The notes below the pieces were generated by a model. That model saw only the letters and a program-made list of their open reading frames with translations, was not told the origin of the DNA and searched no databases. From NCBI GenBank assembly GCA_965116875.1, contig OZ220733.1, forward strand, positions 1,472,001 through 1,536,000: a stretch of DNA of 64,000 bases, given 5' to 3'. Origin of the DNA: Candidatus Latescibacterota bacterium. GTDB taxonomy: Bacteria > Latescibacterota > UBA2968 > GCA-2709665. Position numbers and translations under genes: made by a program. This document shows, one piece after another, positions 8,453 through 18,332 of the stretch. How positions within the stretch are numbered: the first letter of the stretch is position 1; each line of letters opens with the position of its first letter.

Positions 8453-9631
8453 TCAGGAACTGCCTGTCGTCGAAGGGCGGCGGGGACGCTGGCGATCGTG
8501 CATGCCGATCCGAAATCCGCCCTCTGCGGCCACGCCCCGTTCCAGCGCGTCCGGTTCGATATCGAATCCCGCGCCTGGCGTATCGGGCACGGTCAGCCTG
8601 CCGTTTTCCATCCGCCATCCGTCCAGCGCGATGCCGGGCATATCCGCGGGGGCGGCTTCCAGGAGGCTGTAGTTGGGAATGGAAGCGGCGAAGTGGGCGT
8701 GGGCGTACCGTTCGACGACACTCCCCCAGCAGTGAGGGGCGCACTTCGCACCCCAGGGTTCAATGCGGTCCGCTGTGGCTTTCCACCATGTGAGCCCCTT
8801 GTAACGGAAGTCGTGCTGGACGATATCGATCCATCCATTCTCGACCATGCCAAAGAAGTCCGGCGGAGGCGGCCCGGACTCGCCGTCCGCCACGAGCGTA
8901 TTGTAGCCTCTCCGGTCGATGGCTACCTTAAAGGCCTCGTTGAACGCCCGGTCTTCGGGAAACGGCTCTTCGAACCAATAGATCCCGGCGTCCCTGCAGC
9001 GTTCGAGGACGTCCAGTGCGATATTGAGCGTGGTCCCGTTGTTGGCGTCAATGAGAACCTTCGCATCCGGTCCCGCGGCCTGCCGGACGGCATGGATCAC
9101 AAGCACGTCCCGGTCCGTTCCTTCCCGGACCGGCATCCAGCGCGCGCCCCGCCCGATCTTGATTTTGAAATTGCGGTAGCCGTAATCGTGCCCGGTTCGC
9201 ACTTCCTCTTGGAAGATCCTCCCCGCTTCGTTGTCGGAAACCCCCAGGTCGTCGATATAGATGGAGCCGTCGTAGAGTTCGACGTCCCGCGAACCACGGG
9301 CGCCAAGGAGCCGGTAAAGGGGCGCGCCTTCACATCTGGCGGCCAGATCCCACAGGGGCAGATCGATGGCCGCGCCATCACCGGTTGACCCGCCGGGAAG
9401 CTCAAAAAGATCCGAAGGGCGCACACCGAGCAACGCTTCGGCGCGCTCCCTGTCCAGGGCAGACCAGCCGATGCCCACGGCGCCGCCCGCGGTGGAGATG
9501 CGTATGACCGGGTCGGTAACGGACGGACCGTGTACGCCGATACGTGCGTTCGATCCGATGGTACGCGGTCGCCTGCCGTGCAGGACGACCTTTTCGATTT
9601 GGGCGATTGGGTCGGAAAAAGCGCTACGCAT
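8453..9631 (-). CDS. Mandelate racemase/muconate lactonizing enzyme (enolase superfamily)
   Basis: DLPLWDL...PLYRLLG, KIKIG, metal ligands in DANN, WFEEP and ADGE, and PH motif. Confidence 0.88.
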   Translation of the reverse strand: MRSAFSDPIAQIEKVVLHGRRPRTIGSNARIGVHGPSVTDPVIRISTAGGAVGIGWSALDRERAEALLGVRPSDLFELPGGSTGDGAAIDLPLWDLAARCEGAPLYRLLGARGSRDVELYDGSIYIDDLGVSDNEAGRIFQEEVRTGHDYGYRNFKIKIGRGARWMPVREGTDRDVLVIHAVRQAAGPDAKVLIDANNGTTLNIALDVLERCRDAGIYWFEEPFPEDRAFNEAFKVAIDRRGYNTLVADGESGPPPPDFFGMVENGWIDIVQHDFRYKGLTWWKATADRIEPWGAKCAPHCWGSVVERYAHAHFAASIPNYSLLEAAPADMPGIALDGWRMENGRLTVPDTPGAGFDIEPDALERGVAAEGGFRIGMHDRQRPRRPSTTGSS

Positions 9632-9750
9632 AAAGGATTTCCAGGATCAGATGTGAACGTACGATCCGATAAAGTAAGCCAAAAACAGTCGGTTGGAAAT
9701 CAAAAAAGGCGGCGTCGAAGGGCCCCTGAATCGCATACGGGAATTAGGTC

Positions 9751-9779
9751 TTGACGGCCGCTACAAGATGTAGTACTTT
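9751..9779 (+). promoter_or_regulatory. Putative sigma70 promoter upstream of smc
   Basis: TTGACG-N17-TACTTT. Confidence 0.45.
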
Positions 9780-10017
9780 TCTGACACCGCAATGGATTAT
9801 TCCCCAATCTGTTGCGTATTCCTCACCTCCCCTTCTTTCCCCCTTTCGTCGCTATACTCGTTGTTCCAGACCCATAGCGAGCGTCCGGCGCAGTCCGGGT
9901 CATGATACGATGGATCGGCGCGGCTTGCGTTACCTCCCTGCCATTGCGCCAATTCTGACTCGTCCAGCGCATCCATTCTGAAAGTGCGGATGTCTGTGTC
10001 CTTCAGGAGGCGAAACA

Positions 10018-13000
10018 TTGTACCTTTCCAGACTGACGGCATTGGGCTTCAAATCCTTCGTACAACAATTGGATCTCTCGCTGCAGAAAGGCATTACGTG
10101 CGTTGTTGGCCCCAACGGCTGCGGCAAATCCAACGTGGTGGACGCCCTGCGCTGGGCGCTGGGCGAGCAGCGGGTCCGGTCGCTGCGCAGCAACAATATG
10201 GAGGATGTGATTTTTTCCGGAACGCGGAACCGGAAACCGCTGGGCATGGCCGAGGTATCGATCACCATCGACAACGCGGAACGGATTCTGCCGGTCGACT
10301 ATACCGAAGTGACCGTGACCCGCCGGCTGTTCCGGTCCGGGGACAGCGACTATCTGCTCAACAAGGTCCCCTGCAGGCTGAAGGATATTCAGAATCTTCT
10401 GATGGATACCGGGCTGGGCGCCCATGCGTATTCCGTCATCGAGCAGGGGATGATGGATGAAATCATTAGCGACAAACCGGAAGAAAGGCGGCGGCTGTTC
10501 GAGGAGGCGGCGGGCGTAACGCGGTATAAGTTGCAGCGGCGGGCGGCGTGGAACCGACTGGAGTCCGTCCGGCAGGATCTGCAGACTGTGGATGCTGTCA
10601 TGGCGGAGGTCGAGCGCCAGGTGAAATCGCTCGCCAGGCAGGAGAGGAAAGCCCGGCTTTACATTCAGCTCTCGGACCAGATGAAAGACCTCGAAGTCCG
10701 GCTGGGACGACACCTGTTTTTTCAGATGTCCGAAAGGTCCCGTCCGGTCGCGGATGAGACGGCGCTCCTGAAAGAGGACGTCGAGGTGGCCGCCGGAGAC
10801 ATCGCGCGCCTGGAGGCGCGCCTTGAAGACGTCCGTACCGAACTGTCCGAGCGCGATCGGGCGCTCAGAGAGGCGAACGCGGAAGTGAGCCGGCAGAGTC
10901 AACTCGTACACAGGAAAGACACCCATATCCAGGTGGCGCAGGAGAGAATCCGTTCAATTGACGCTTTTCTGGAGCAGGCGGACCGGCAACAGGAAGACAT
11001 GGCGCACCGGCGGGATGCGGCACGGAAGGAAGCGGCTGGCGCGCGGCGGCTGGAAGCGGAGGCGCGCGGGGCATTGCAACACGCGAAAAGCGCATTGGAG
11101 GCCGAGCGCCGAGAACTGGAAGCAACGAACCTGGCGCTTGACGCGCGGAGAACCCGTGCGGACGAACAGAAGTCCCACCTGATACGCGCCCTGGGTGAAC
11201 TCAGTGAAGGAAGCAGCCGGCTGGAACGCGGACGGGCGAGACTGGAGGGAATCAACCAACGCCAGTCCCGACTCGAAGCCGACGCAAAGCAGTCGGCGCT
11301 CCGCAAGGAGGAAGCGGACGCCAAAGGACGCGAAGCGAAACGGGAGATCGATCGCCTGGAACGCGACGTGGCCGACAGGATCCGGCTGAGGGAGATGGAC
11401 GCCGAAAAGTACGGGCGCCTGCTTGAACAGCAGGAGAAAATGACGGAAGAGCGCAGCCGGTTGCGGGCCGGAAGGGAGGCCGACGATGCGAGGATCGGAC
11501 TGCTGAAGAAACTTCGTGAGGGATTCGAGGGGTATTCGAGCGGCGTCCGCGCGCTGGCGGTGGAATCTCCATTTGCCGATCGCGTGCGCGGCGTGGTTGC
11601 AGACCGGATTGACGTGGACGGGCGTTACGCGACAGCCATTGAAGCTGCACTGGGACGTGCGTTGGAATGTCTTCTCGTGGACGAACCGGCAGATGCATTG
11701 AACGCCATCGACTACCTGCAGTCGGGCGACCTCGGATCGGCGGCGTTTCTGCCGATGGACTCCCTTTCGAACGGTAACGGCGCGCCGTGGACGACGCCGG
11801 ATGCGGAAGGCGTGGTGGGAAGGGCGTCGGATCTCCTGCACGGCGAGGAATCTCCGGTACACGCGCTGCTCCACCGGACGCTGGTCGTGAAAACAGCAGA
11901 GAACGCGCTTGCGCTGTTGGAAGAAATGAGGACTCTCGGCGTGGACCTGGTGACCGAGAGCGGCGAGTTGTTCTCGGCTGACGGTACCATATACGGGGGT
12001 AAGACCACCGAGGATGGAACGGGCCTGATCGGGCGCAGGCAGGAGATTGAAACGCTTGAAGCAAGCCTGAGCGCCGCAGGCGAGGCGCTGCAGTCGCTGG
12101 ATACGAGACTCGAAGAGACCTCCGCATCGCTGGTCGAAATGCAAGCCCGTATCAACGAAACCGACGGGATTCTGGCGGACCTGAACAACCGTCTGGCCGC
12201 AAGCCGCAGGGACCTGCAGATTGCCCGGGAGGAAGAGCAGCGACAGTTGCGTGTGGAGGTGGAATTGCGGGATGAAATCGCCGCGGTGACGTCCGACGAA
12301 ACCGGGCTGAGAGAAGCCATCGCTTCCGAGGCGGCGGAATTGAACGTGCTGGAGAAACGACGGGAGCAGCTGGAAGCAGCAACGGGTGAGGCGGACGCGG
12401 CGTTGCGGGAGCAGGAACAGCAGCAGAGGGCCGAACAGGACGCGTTTTCAAGCCGGCAGGTGGAGATCGCATCGCTGACAGCCGGCGTGGACCGCCACGA
12501 ACATGAAGGGCAGAGGTGGACGCAGGACCTGACCGAAACCGACAGAGAGATGAAACGACTGGCCGCCGACTGCGAGGAACGGCGAAAGGAAAGACTCGGC
12601 CTGGAAAAGGCGGCCCGGGATTCCGGGAAGGAACTGGAGACCCTTCATCGCAGGCAGGACGAACTGGAATCGAAGCGGGACACGCAGGCGGAGCGTCAGC
12701 AGGCATTGTTGACGGATACCCGGCAGCTCGAAGAGGAAGTGCGGGACAAGAACCGTCGCGCGAATCAGAACAGGGACCGTCTGGTTCAGCTTCAGGCGGA
12801 GATGGCGGAACTCAGAACCGGCGCCGAGGCTCTGCGGGCGCGAATTCTGGATGAGTACGAGGTGGACGTCAGAGAAGCGGGCGCACTGGACGATCCGGAG
12901 TTCAACGCTGACGTAACGGAGAGGCAAAGAGACGAGCTACGCGAACGAATCCGTCGGATGGGTCCGGTCAATCCGGGCGCCGTGGAAGAGTACGAAGAAC

Positions 13001-13614
13001 AGAAAAATCACTACGAGTTCATGTCGAAACACCGGAGCGACCTGCTCGAGGCGGCCGAAACCCTTCAGCGGACCATTTCCCGGATCGACAGGACGGCCCG
13101 CGGCAGGTTCATGGTTACGTTCGATCAGATCAAGGAGAACTTCCGGAAGACTTTCGAGGCGTTCTTCGATGGAGGCCAGGCGGACCTCCTGATGCCCCCT
13201 GACGAAGACCCTCTGGAAGCCCCGCTGGAGATCATCGCCCGGCCGAGAGGCAAACGGCTCCAGCACATCAACCTGCTGTCGGGCGGAGAGCGGGCGCTCA
13301 CCGCGATCGCGCTCCTGTTCGCGATCTACCTGGTCAAGCCCAGTCCGTTCTGCATCCTGGACGAGGTCGACGCTCCTCTGGACGACGCCAACGTCACGCG
13401 TTTCGTGCGGGTCCTCAAGCGGTTCGCGGCCGACACCCAGTTCATTGTGGTAACCCACAACAAGGTGACGATGGACGCGGCGGACTGCCTGCACGGGATT
13501 ACGATGGAAGAACCGGGGGTATCCAGGCTGGTATCGGTAAGACTGGACCACGAAACCCACGGTGGCAACGGGCAGGCGGAAGCCGTGGCCGCAACCACGG
13601 CCGCCGACGACTGA
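10018..13614 (+). CDS. smc: Chromosome segregation protein SMC
   Basis: Walker A GPNGCGKSN, long coiled coils, central hinge, LSGGE signature, Walker B ILDEVDAPLD; AGGAGG RBS, TTG start. Confidence 0.97.
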   Translation: MYLSRLTALGFKSFVQQLDLSLQKGITCVVGPNGCGKSNVVDALRWALGEQRVRSLRSNNMEDVIFSGTRNRKPLGMAEVSITIDNAERILPVDYTEVTVTRRLFRSGDSDYLLNKVPCRLKDIQNLLMDTGLGAHAYSVIEQGMMDEIISDKPEERRRLFEEAAGVTRYKLQRRAAWNRLESVRQDLQTVDAVMAEVERQVKSLARQERKARLYIQLSDQMKDLEVRLGRHLFFQMSERSRPVADETALLKEDVEVAAGDIARLEARLEDVRTELSERDRALREANAEVSRQSQLVHRKDTHIQVAQERIRSIDAFLEQADRQQEDMAHRRDAARKEAAGARRLEAEARGALQHAKSALEAERRELEATNLALDARRTRADEQKSHLIRALGELSEGSSRLERGRARLEGINQRQSRLEADAKQSALRKEEADAKGREAKREIDRLERDVADRIRLREMDAEKYGRLLEQQEKMTEERSRLRAGREADDARIGLLKKLREGFEGYSSGVRALAVESPFADRVRGVVADRIDVDGRYATAIEAALGRALECLLVDEPADALNAIDYLQSGDLGSAAFLPMDSLSNGNGAPWTTPDAEGVVGRASDLLHGEESPVHALLHRTLVVKTAENALALLEEMRTLGVDLVTESGELFSADGTIYGGKTTEDGTGLIGRRQEIETLEASLSAAGEALQSLDTRLEETSASLVEMQARINETDGILADLNNRLAASRRDLQIAREEEQRQLRVEVELRDEIAAVTSDETGLREAIASEAAELNVLEKRREQLEAATGEADAALREQEQQQRAEQDAFSSRQVEIASLTAGVDRHEHEGQRWTQDLTETDREMKRLAADCEERRKERLGLEKAARDSGKELETLHRRQDELESKRDTQAERQQALLTDTRQLEEEVRDKNRRANQNRDRLVQLQAEMAELRTGAEALRARILDEYEVDVREAGALDDPEFNADVTERQRDELRERIRRMGPVNPGAVEEYEEQKNHYEFMSKHRSDLLEAAETLQRTISRIDRTARGRFMVTFDQIKENFRKTFEAFFDGGQADLLMPPDEDPLEAPLEIIARPRGKRLQHINLLSGGERALTAIALLFAIYLVKPSPFCILDEVDAPLDDANVTRFVRVLKRFAADTQFIVVTHNKVTMDAADCLHGITMEEPGVSRLVSVRLDHETHGGNGQAEAVAATTAADD

Positions 13615-13657
13615 ACGCATCGAGCCTGACATCAGGGTTGACGTATATTGGATCTGT

Positions 13658-15733
13658 TCAAACCGAACCCAGGCTCTTCAGGATCTTCGCGACCACGCCA
13701 TCCGTATCGCGTATTCCCAATCCGCCCAGGCGCTCCAGGACCATCCCCTGCGGATCGACCAGGAAATAGGCCGGTATCCCGCGAACATTGTAGTCGACGG
13801 CGGGTCCGGAACCGGAGACCCCGGAGCGCACGTGCACCCCTTCGATCCCGTGTTTTTCGATGGCCTTGCGCCATGCCGCGTCGCTGGAGTCCAGCGAAAG
13901 GTTGACGAAAACCACCGGCTGTCCGGCGGTTTCTTTTTTAATTTTTCGCAGAAAGGGCAAATCGACGATGCACGGCCCGCACCAACTCGCCCAGAAATCC
14001 AGCAGGACCACCTTGCCCCTGAACTGGCTCAGCGATACGGATTGGCCGTCGAGGTCCGTCAACGTAAAATCCGGCGCCGGACGCCCCGGTCGCAACGCCA
14101 TCGCCTTGTCCAGGGCCTCCAGAACCGCCGCGTTGTATTCCGGATAGGGGTTGGTCGCCCGAAAATCCTGCCACTTGCGATTGGCCCACGCAAAACTGTC
14201 GCCACCGCGCTGAAACCCACGAATCAATTCCCCGGCAAGGAACCAATAAAGCACTTTCCCCTTCAATTTCTTCTCGGCCAGTTCGATCCTTTGTGGCAGC
14301 GCCGGTATCGACCGTCTCTTGATCGCATAGATCGAATCGAGCTTTGCCTGCGCCGCCAGCGTCAGTCCCAGCCCGGCGAGATCCAGTTTGTCGGACAGTC
14401 TGAGCGGTCGGCGGTTATCGTAGAGCGAGTCGAGGTGTGCGCCGATCCCGGGCGATCGTTCCAGTGCCGATAGATCCACCATTTCCGATAATTTCAATGT
14501 CTTCCGGTACGACTTCAATCCATCCGGGGACGCTGCGCCGTCCTCATCGGGCAGCCGGAAGACCAGCGCGCCGCCCGTGGTATCAATCTTCGGCTCTTTC
14601 AGGTCCTTTGAGGTGGCAATCCTGTACGATCCATCACTCTTCGCGTAGAAGGAGTCGATCTCTGCCCGGGCCGCTTCCGACAAGCCCATCTTCTCCAGAT
14701 CCAGCATGTCGGATAGCCTGGATTTTCTCCTGTTGTCGTACAGGGAATCCAACCTGGCCCCGGCAGATTGCTGCAGGCCGATCCCTGAAAGATCGATCAT
14801 GTCCGACAGCCTCCGACGCCTGGTGCGGTTTTCGTACAGCGAGTCGAGCCGGGCGACGGTCGATTCCGGCAGATCAAGAGCAGCAAGGTCGTACAATCCC
14901 GATAATCTTGTCGGCCCGGGCCTCTTCATCATTTCCAGATCCATTGTCCGTACAAGGTAGGTTGGATACGTGTCCACACCGATCGCCTTCTCGTCGACAA
15001 GCGGGATCCTTTTGAGGAAGTCATAGAATCCGGGCGGGATATTCTCGTTCTCCCGGCCCGTGGCGCGCCGGTAATTGGTCGGGTATGAAATCTTCAGAAA
15101 TGCATACATGTAGTTGAAAAAACGTTCCGCATGCTCGATGAATCCGGGCGACAACGCGTATCTCGTGCGTCGCCGGTTCAGGAATTCAATCTGGTCCGCG
15201 CGCCATCCGTCCACGAGGCGGGAAAAGTCTCCCGCGTCCGCATCCCTGGCATCCCCGATCTTCCGCTGGAAGTCCCGGAACCGGGGGTACCATTCGGCAA
15301 TGAAGCGGTTGTTGTCCGCGTTCCGGCCGCTGTACCCGTAAGAGGTGTAGAGACGTCCAGGATGGATCCGGATGTGCAGGCTGTCCCCCGGTTCGACAAA
15401 CATCACCAGCGGACCGGGATTGAAAACGTACGACGCGGCCTGCCGGGCCCATTTCCATGGGATGCTTCTGCCCTTGTAGCTTCCGATTACAAGGGTCCCG
15501 CGGACGACGGGAATCTCCAGACTAAATCGGTTCCGGCTGTCCAGGGTCGCTTTTTGCTCCACCTTCCTGCCCAACGCCGTCGGCGTGTCGTACCTGAACG
15601 TGATTTCCCTGGACGTCGGGTCCCGGACTTCACCGGTGACAATCGCGACCGATGGCTCACTGCTTTCTGCGCCCGGACAGGCAGTTGATATCGCGAGAAT
15701 GGAGAGCAGAATGAGACGACATGTGTTCTTCAT
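13658..15733 (-). CDS. Exported TlpA/ResA-like thiol-disulfide oxidoreductase with an internal 31-aa repeat domain
   Basis: Signal or lipoprotein-like N-terminus (LILLSILAISTAC); C-terminal APDFTL...GKVVLLDFWASWCGPC...GIPAYFLVD; five RLSDxxDL...LDSLY repeats. Confidence 0.88.
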   Translation of the reverse strand: MKNTCRLILLSILAISTACPGAESSEPSVAIVTGEVRDPTSREITFRYDTPTALGRKVEQKATLDSRNRFSLEIPVVRGTLVIGSYKGRSIPWKWARQAASYVFNPGPLVMFVEPGDSLHIRIHPGRLYTSYGYSGRNADNNRFIAEWYPRFRDFQRKIGDARDADAGDFSRLVDGWRADQIEFLNRRRTRYALSPGFIEHAERFFNYMYAFLKISYPTNYRRATGRENENIPPGFYDFLKRIPLVDEKAIGVDTYPTYLVRTMDLEMMKRPGPTRLSGLYDLAALDLPESTVARLDSLYENRTRRRRLSDMIDLSGIGLQQSAGARLDSLYDNRRKSRLSDMLDLEKMGLSEAARAEIDSFYAKSDGSYRIATSKDLKEPKIDTTGGALVFRLPDEDGAASPDGLKSYRKTLKLSEMVDLSALERSPGIGAHLDSLYDNRRPLRLSDKLDLAGLGLTLAAQAKLDSIYAIKRRSIPALPQRIELAEKKLKGKVLYWFLAGELIRGFQRGGDSFAWANRKWQDFRATNPYPEYNAAVLEALDKAMALRPGRPAPDFTLTDLDGQSVSLSQFRGKVVLLDFWASWCGPCIVDLPFLRKIKKETAGQPVVFVNLSLDSSDAAWRKAIEKHGIEGVHVRSGVSGSGPAVDYNVRGIPAYFLVDPQGMVLERLGGLGIRDTDGVVAKILKSLGSV

Positions 15734-15788
15734 GAATCGATCCCTCTGAGCGGGTTTCGGGTTATTGCACCCCAAAGTACGAGATTAA

Positions 15789-17636
15789 TCAAACTAAATG
15801 GTCAAGTGTATATTGGAGCAATGGATCTGCTGTTTCCTCGTACTCGGATAGTTCCTCCGCCTTTGGTGAGATATCAGGCAGTGTGCCACGAGTTTCATCG
15901 CCCGCTTCAGGCGTAGCGGCATAATACAACATTGCTGAAACGCGAAACCTGATACCACTCAACGGGAGTAAACCGGTCAAAGCATCGCCAGTGCTTTGCC
16001 TTCTCCCGCCAGTCTCTTCACCTACAAGCTGGCCCAGTCCGTGATCCTTCACGACAGCGGCAAACTCGGCTGCCGCCGAAAAGGTACAAGGACCAATCAG
16101 CACGTAGAGATCGCCCTTAAACAGGTCCTCTCGCCGCTGAGGTTTTACCGGGTCGTCCGACTCCGAAAGAATCAACCCGGCCAGGTCGCCATAACGGGAG
16201 TAATCCGAATGCTGCTCGATCAGCAGGTCCGAAATTTTAATATCGACGCGAGACCACAACTTGAACGGCTTCTCTGTAAGAAACTCAAGCAGAAAAACGA
16301 CAAGATCCGGATTTCCACCACCGTTTTGGCGTATGTCTATGATAAGGCGCTGAGATTTCTTCGCCCTCAATTCACTGAATAGCTCAGCCATATACGTCCT
16401 TCTAACGTCTGTATCAACGAAACTTTCACAATTGAAATAGCACGTATTGTCGTCACGATAGAAGTGATGGAATCCTTCCGACTCCTCTCCTTCAGGTAAG
16501 AGTTCGTCGTATTCGCGCAATGAGGTTAAGTCAATTCGGCGTGTTGAGGTCTCATGTTTTTCCAAAAATCGCATCGTTACGTGACTTTCTGCAAACAACG
16601 CGCACCACGCTCCGTAGAGTCGCTGGTTATCTAAGAATTGCACGAAACGGTGAGTATCAGATTCCCCGGAAATCCTGCACAAGGCTGGCTGCAGAAACTC
16701 CTTAATCGGTCTATCGTCTACGGATACAAGTGATTTCCCTGTCAAATCCTCCAAACCAGGTATGGTATCCTTTACTGCCAAATCATCGAAGCGACGTTTC
16801 AACCGAAATGGAAACATAAGCACATCGGGATTGGCTGCTTCAATGATAGGTACAACAGGCATGATCTCAGTATGCCCATCCTTTAAACAGGCGGCAGCCT
16901 CAGCAAGTATACCTGAGAGATCGGGGTGCGAAATATGGCCGCTCGATGCTTCCAGCCGCTGCAGTCGACAGCGAATGGATTTCTTCAGATCCAGATAGTC
17001 CTGTCCCGCAATATGACGCAAGGGAAAGGGATGTACCCTCTCAAGTGTTGCAAAAAAGAAGTCTGCGTCGACCTGGGCATCAGCAGCAGAGAATACCAGA
17101 GGAGCGAAATTATCGTCCAGATTTCCGCCATTGATGACTTGATCTTCTAATGTGACAATAAACGTATGGTTCAACTTCAGACATCTTTTCATGTCCGCCA
17201 GGACAGTAGGGCTAGGTGCACAAAAGGCCACAATATGACCGTCTCCCAGGGGATTGTGGCCGACGCCAGAGAATCCAATGTCGCCCATCTCGCCTTCGAC
17301 AAGACACTTCTGTTCTTCTTCTGATAGAGCGAATGGCGTTTCATTAAGCGCTGAAAAGACAAGATGGTTGGGTTTCGGATCGAATAAGCCGTAAACCACA
17401 TAATTTCCGTTCTTAAGACTGAGGCGTGGGAGACCTCCGACGTCGTCCGGGGCCAAAAAGCATACGCGCTGTATGGAGTGACGCTCCGACCATGCCCACC
17501 AGTATTCCTTTAAAGCCTGGATCTGTTTCTCCCATCCGGCGCGGTTGAAATCAAACATGACCAAAAGCGTATCGCCTGCTGCTTCCAATACGCGTTCAAT
17601 TGTCAACGCGGACTGCGATACCGATGAAGCATTCAT
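15789..17636 (-). CDS. Peptidase S41 family protein with an N-terminal extension
   Basis: LKDGHT, LIIDIRQNGGG, TFSAA (catalytic Ser), LVGEETGG, GTLPDI; AGGAGA RBS. Confidence 0.85.
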   Translation of the reverse strand: MNASSVSQSALTIERVLEAAGDTLLVMFDFNRAGWEKQIQALKEYWWAWSERHSIQRVCFLAPDDVGGLPRLSLKNGNYVVYGLFDPKPNHLVFSALNETPFALSEEEQKCLVEGEMGDIGFSGVGHNPLGDGHIVAFCAPSPTVLADMKRCLKLNHTFIVTLEDQVINGGNLDDNFAPLVFSAADAQVDADFFFATLERVHPFPLRHIAGQDYLDLKKSIRCRLQRLEASSGHISHPDLSGILAEAAACLKDGHTEIMPVVPIIEAANPDVLMFPFRLKRRFDDLAVKDTIPGLEDLTGKSLVSVDDRPIKEFLQPALCRISGESDTHRFVQFLDNQRLYGAWCALFAESHVTMRFLEKHETSTRRIDLTSLREYDELLPEGEESEGFHHFYRDDNTCYFNCESFVDTDVRRTYMAELFSELRAKKSQRLIIDIRQNGGGNPDLVVFLLEFLTEKPFKLWSRVDIKISDLLIEQHSDYSRYGDLAGLILSESDDPVKPQRREDLFKGDLYVLIGPCTFSAAAEFAAVVKDHGLGQLVGEETGGRRQSTGDALTGLLPLSGIRFRVSAMLYYAATPEAGDETRGTLPDISPKAEELSEYEETADPLLQYTLDHLV

Positions 17637-17799
17637 TGTACTCGTCTCCTGTAAAGTCTATCAACACAGGCGGGTATTTCGCAGCAATTGGTTGCAGCGT
17701 TGCCGCTGACAGTTGAACCGGATTCAACGGAGACATTTCTGTCCGCGTCGGCACCGAAAAGATAGCCAATTTGCTGTTCGGAGGCGAATGGAAACGTCC

Positions 17800-17920
17800 G
17801 TGAGATGGCATATGCGTATCGGACACCGGGTCGCCTAAAAATTCAGCAGTACCACCTTGCCCCTGAACTGGCTAAGCAATACCGGCTTTCCGACCAGATC
17901 CCTCAGCGCGAAAGCTGATT
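17800..17920 (-). pseudogene. Decayed TlpA thioredoxin-domain fragment
   Basis: Reads AFALRDLVGKPVLLSQFRGKVVLLNF*ATRCPIR versus intact DFTLTDLDGQSVSLSQFRGKVVLLDFWASWCGPC; DNA is similar to 14001-14040. Confidence 0.75.
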
Positions 17921-17975
17921 TTGTGAGACGCAGTAATGCGAAAGCCACGACCAGACTTCACATCGAAAGAGTCGA

Positions 17976-18227
17976 TCATAGCTTGGCAATCTCTGACAGA
18001 CCCAACTCCGACCACTTTTCGGGGATCGGTAAGGGTGAATGTCCCTTGAAGAGCGGCAGAAATGCCTGTTCAACGGCAAGCTGCATATTCGAAGGATCCC
18101 GCACGAAACGAAATATCCACTTCCCGTTTACCTCCAGTACGAGATGCGTCCGGCCCTTATCCACCTGAACGATAGATTCGATTGGATCCTCAAAAACGTC
18201 CCGGACTGTCGAATCACAAGTGTCCAT
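17976..18227 (-). pseudogene. N-terminal fragment of an aminoglycoside phosphotransferase (APH/choline kinase)-like protein
   Basis: GRTHLVLEVNGKWIFRF...LAVEQAFLPLF...PLPIPE resembles the APH N-lobe; truncated with no HGD catalytic motif. Confidence 0.6.
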
Positions 18228-18332
18228 GGGAATTGGTCTTCCCGCCTATCGCGGCGGAAAAGGACTGTTGCTCAAGCTTTTGTGGTCGATCGAATTGTCA
18301 GACCCGGAAATTCGAAAGTCGTGAGGCAGATG

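Noticed and set aside
9797-10042. 81-aa minus-strand ORF upstream of smc
   Set aside because: Overlaps the smc start and RBS, has no convincing RBS and no recognisable motif.
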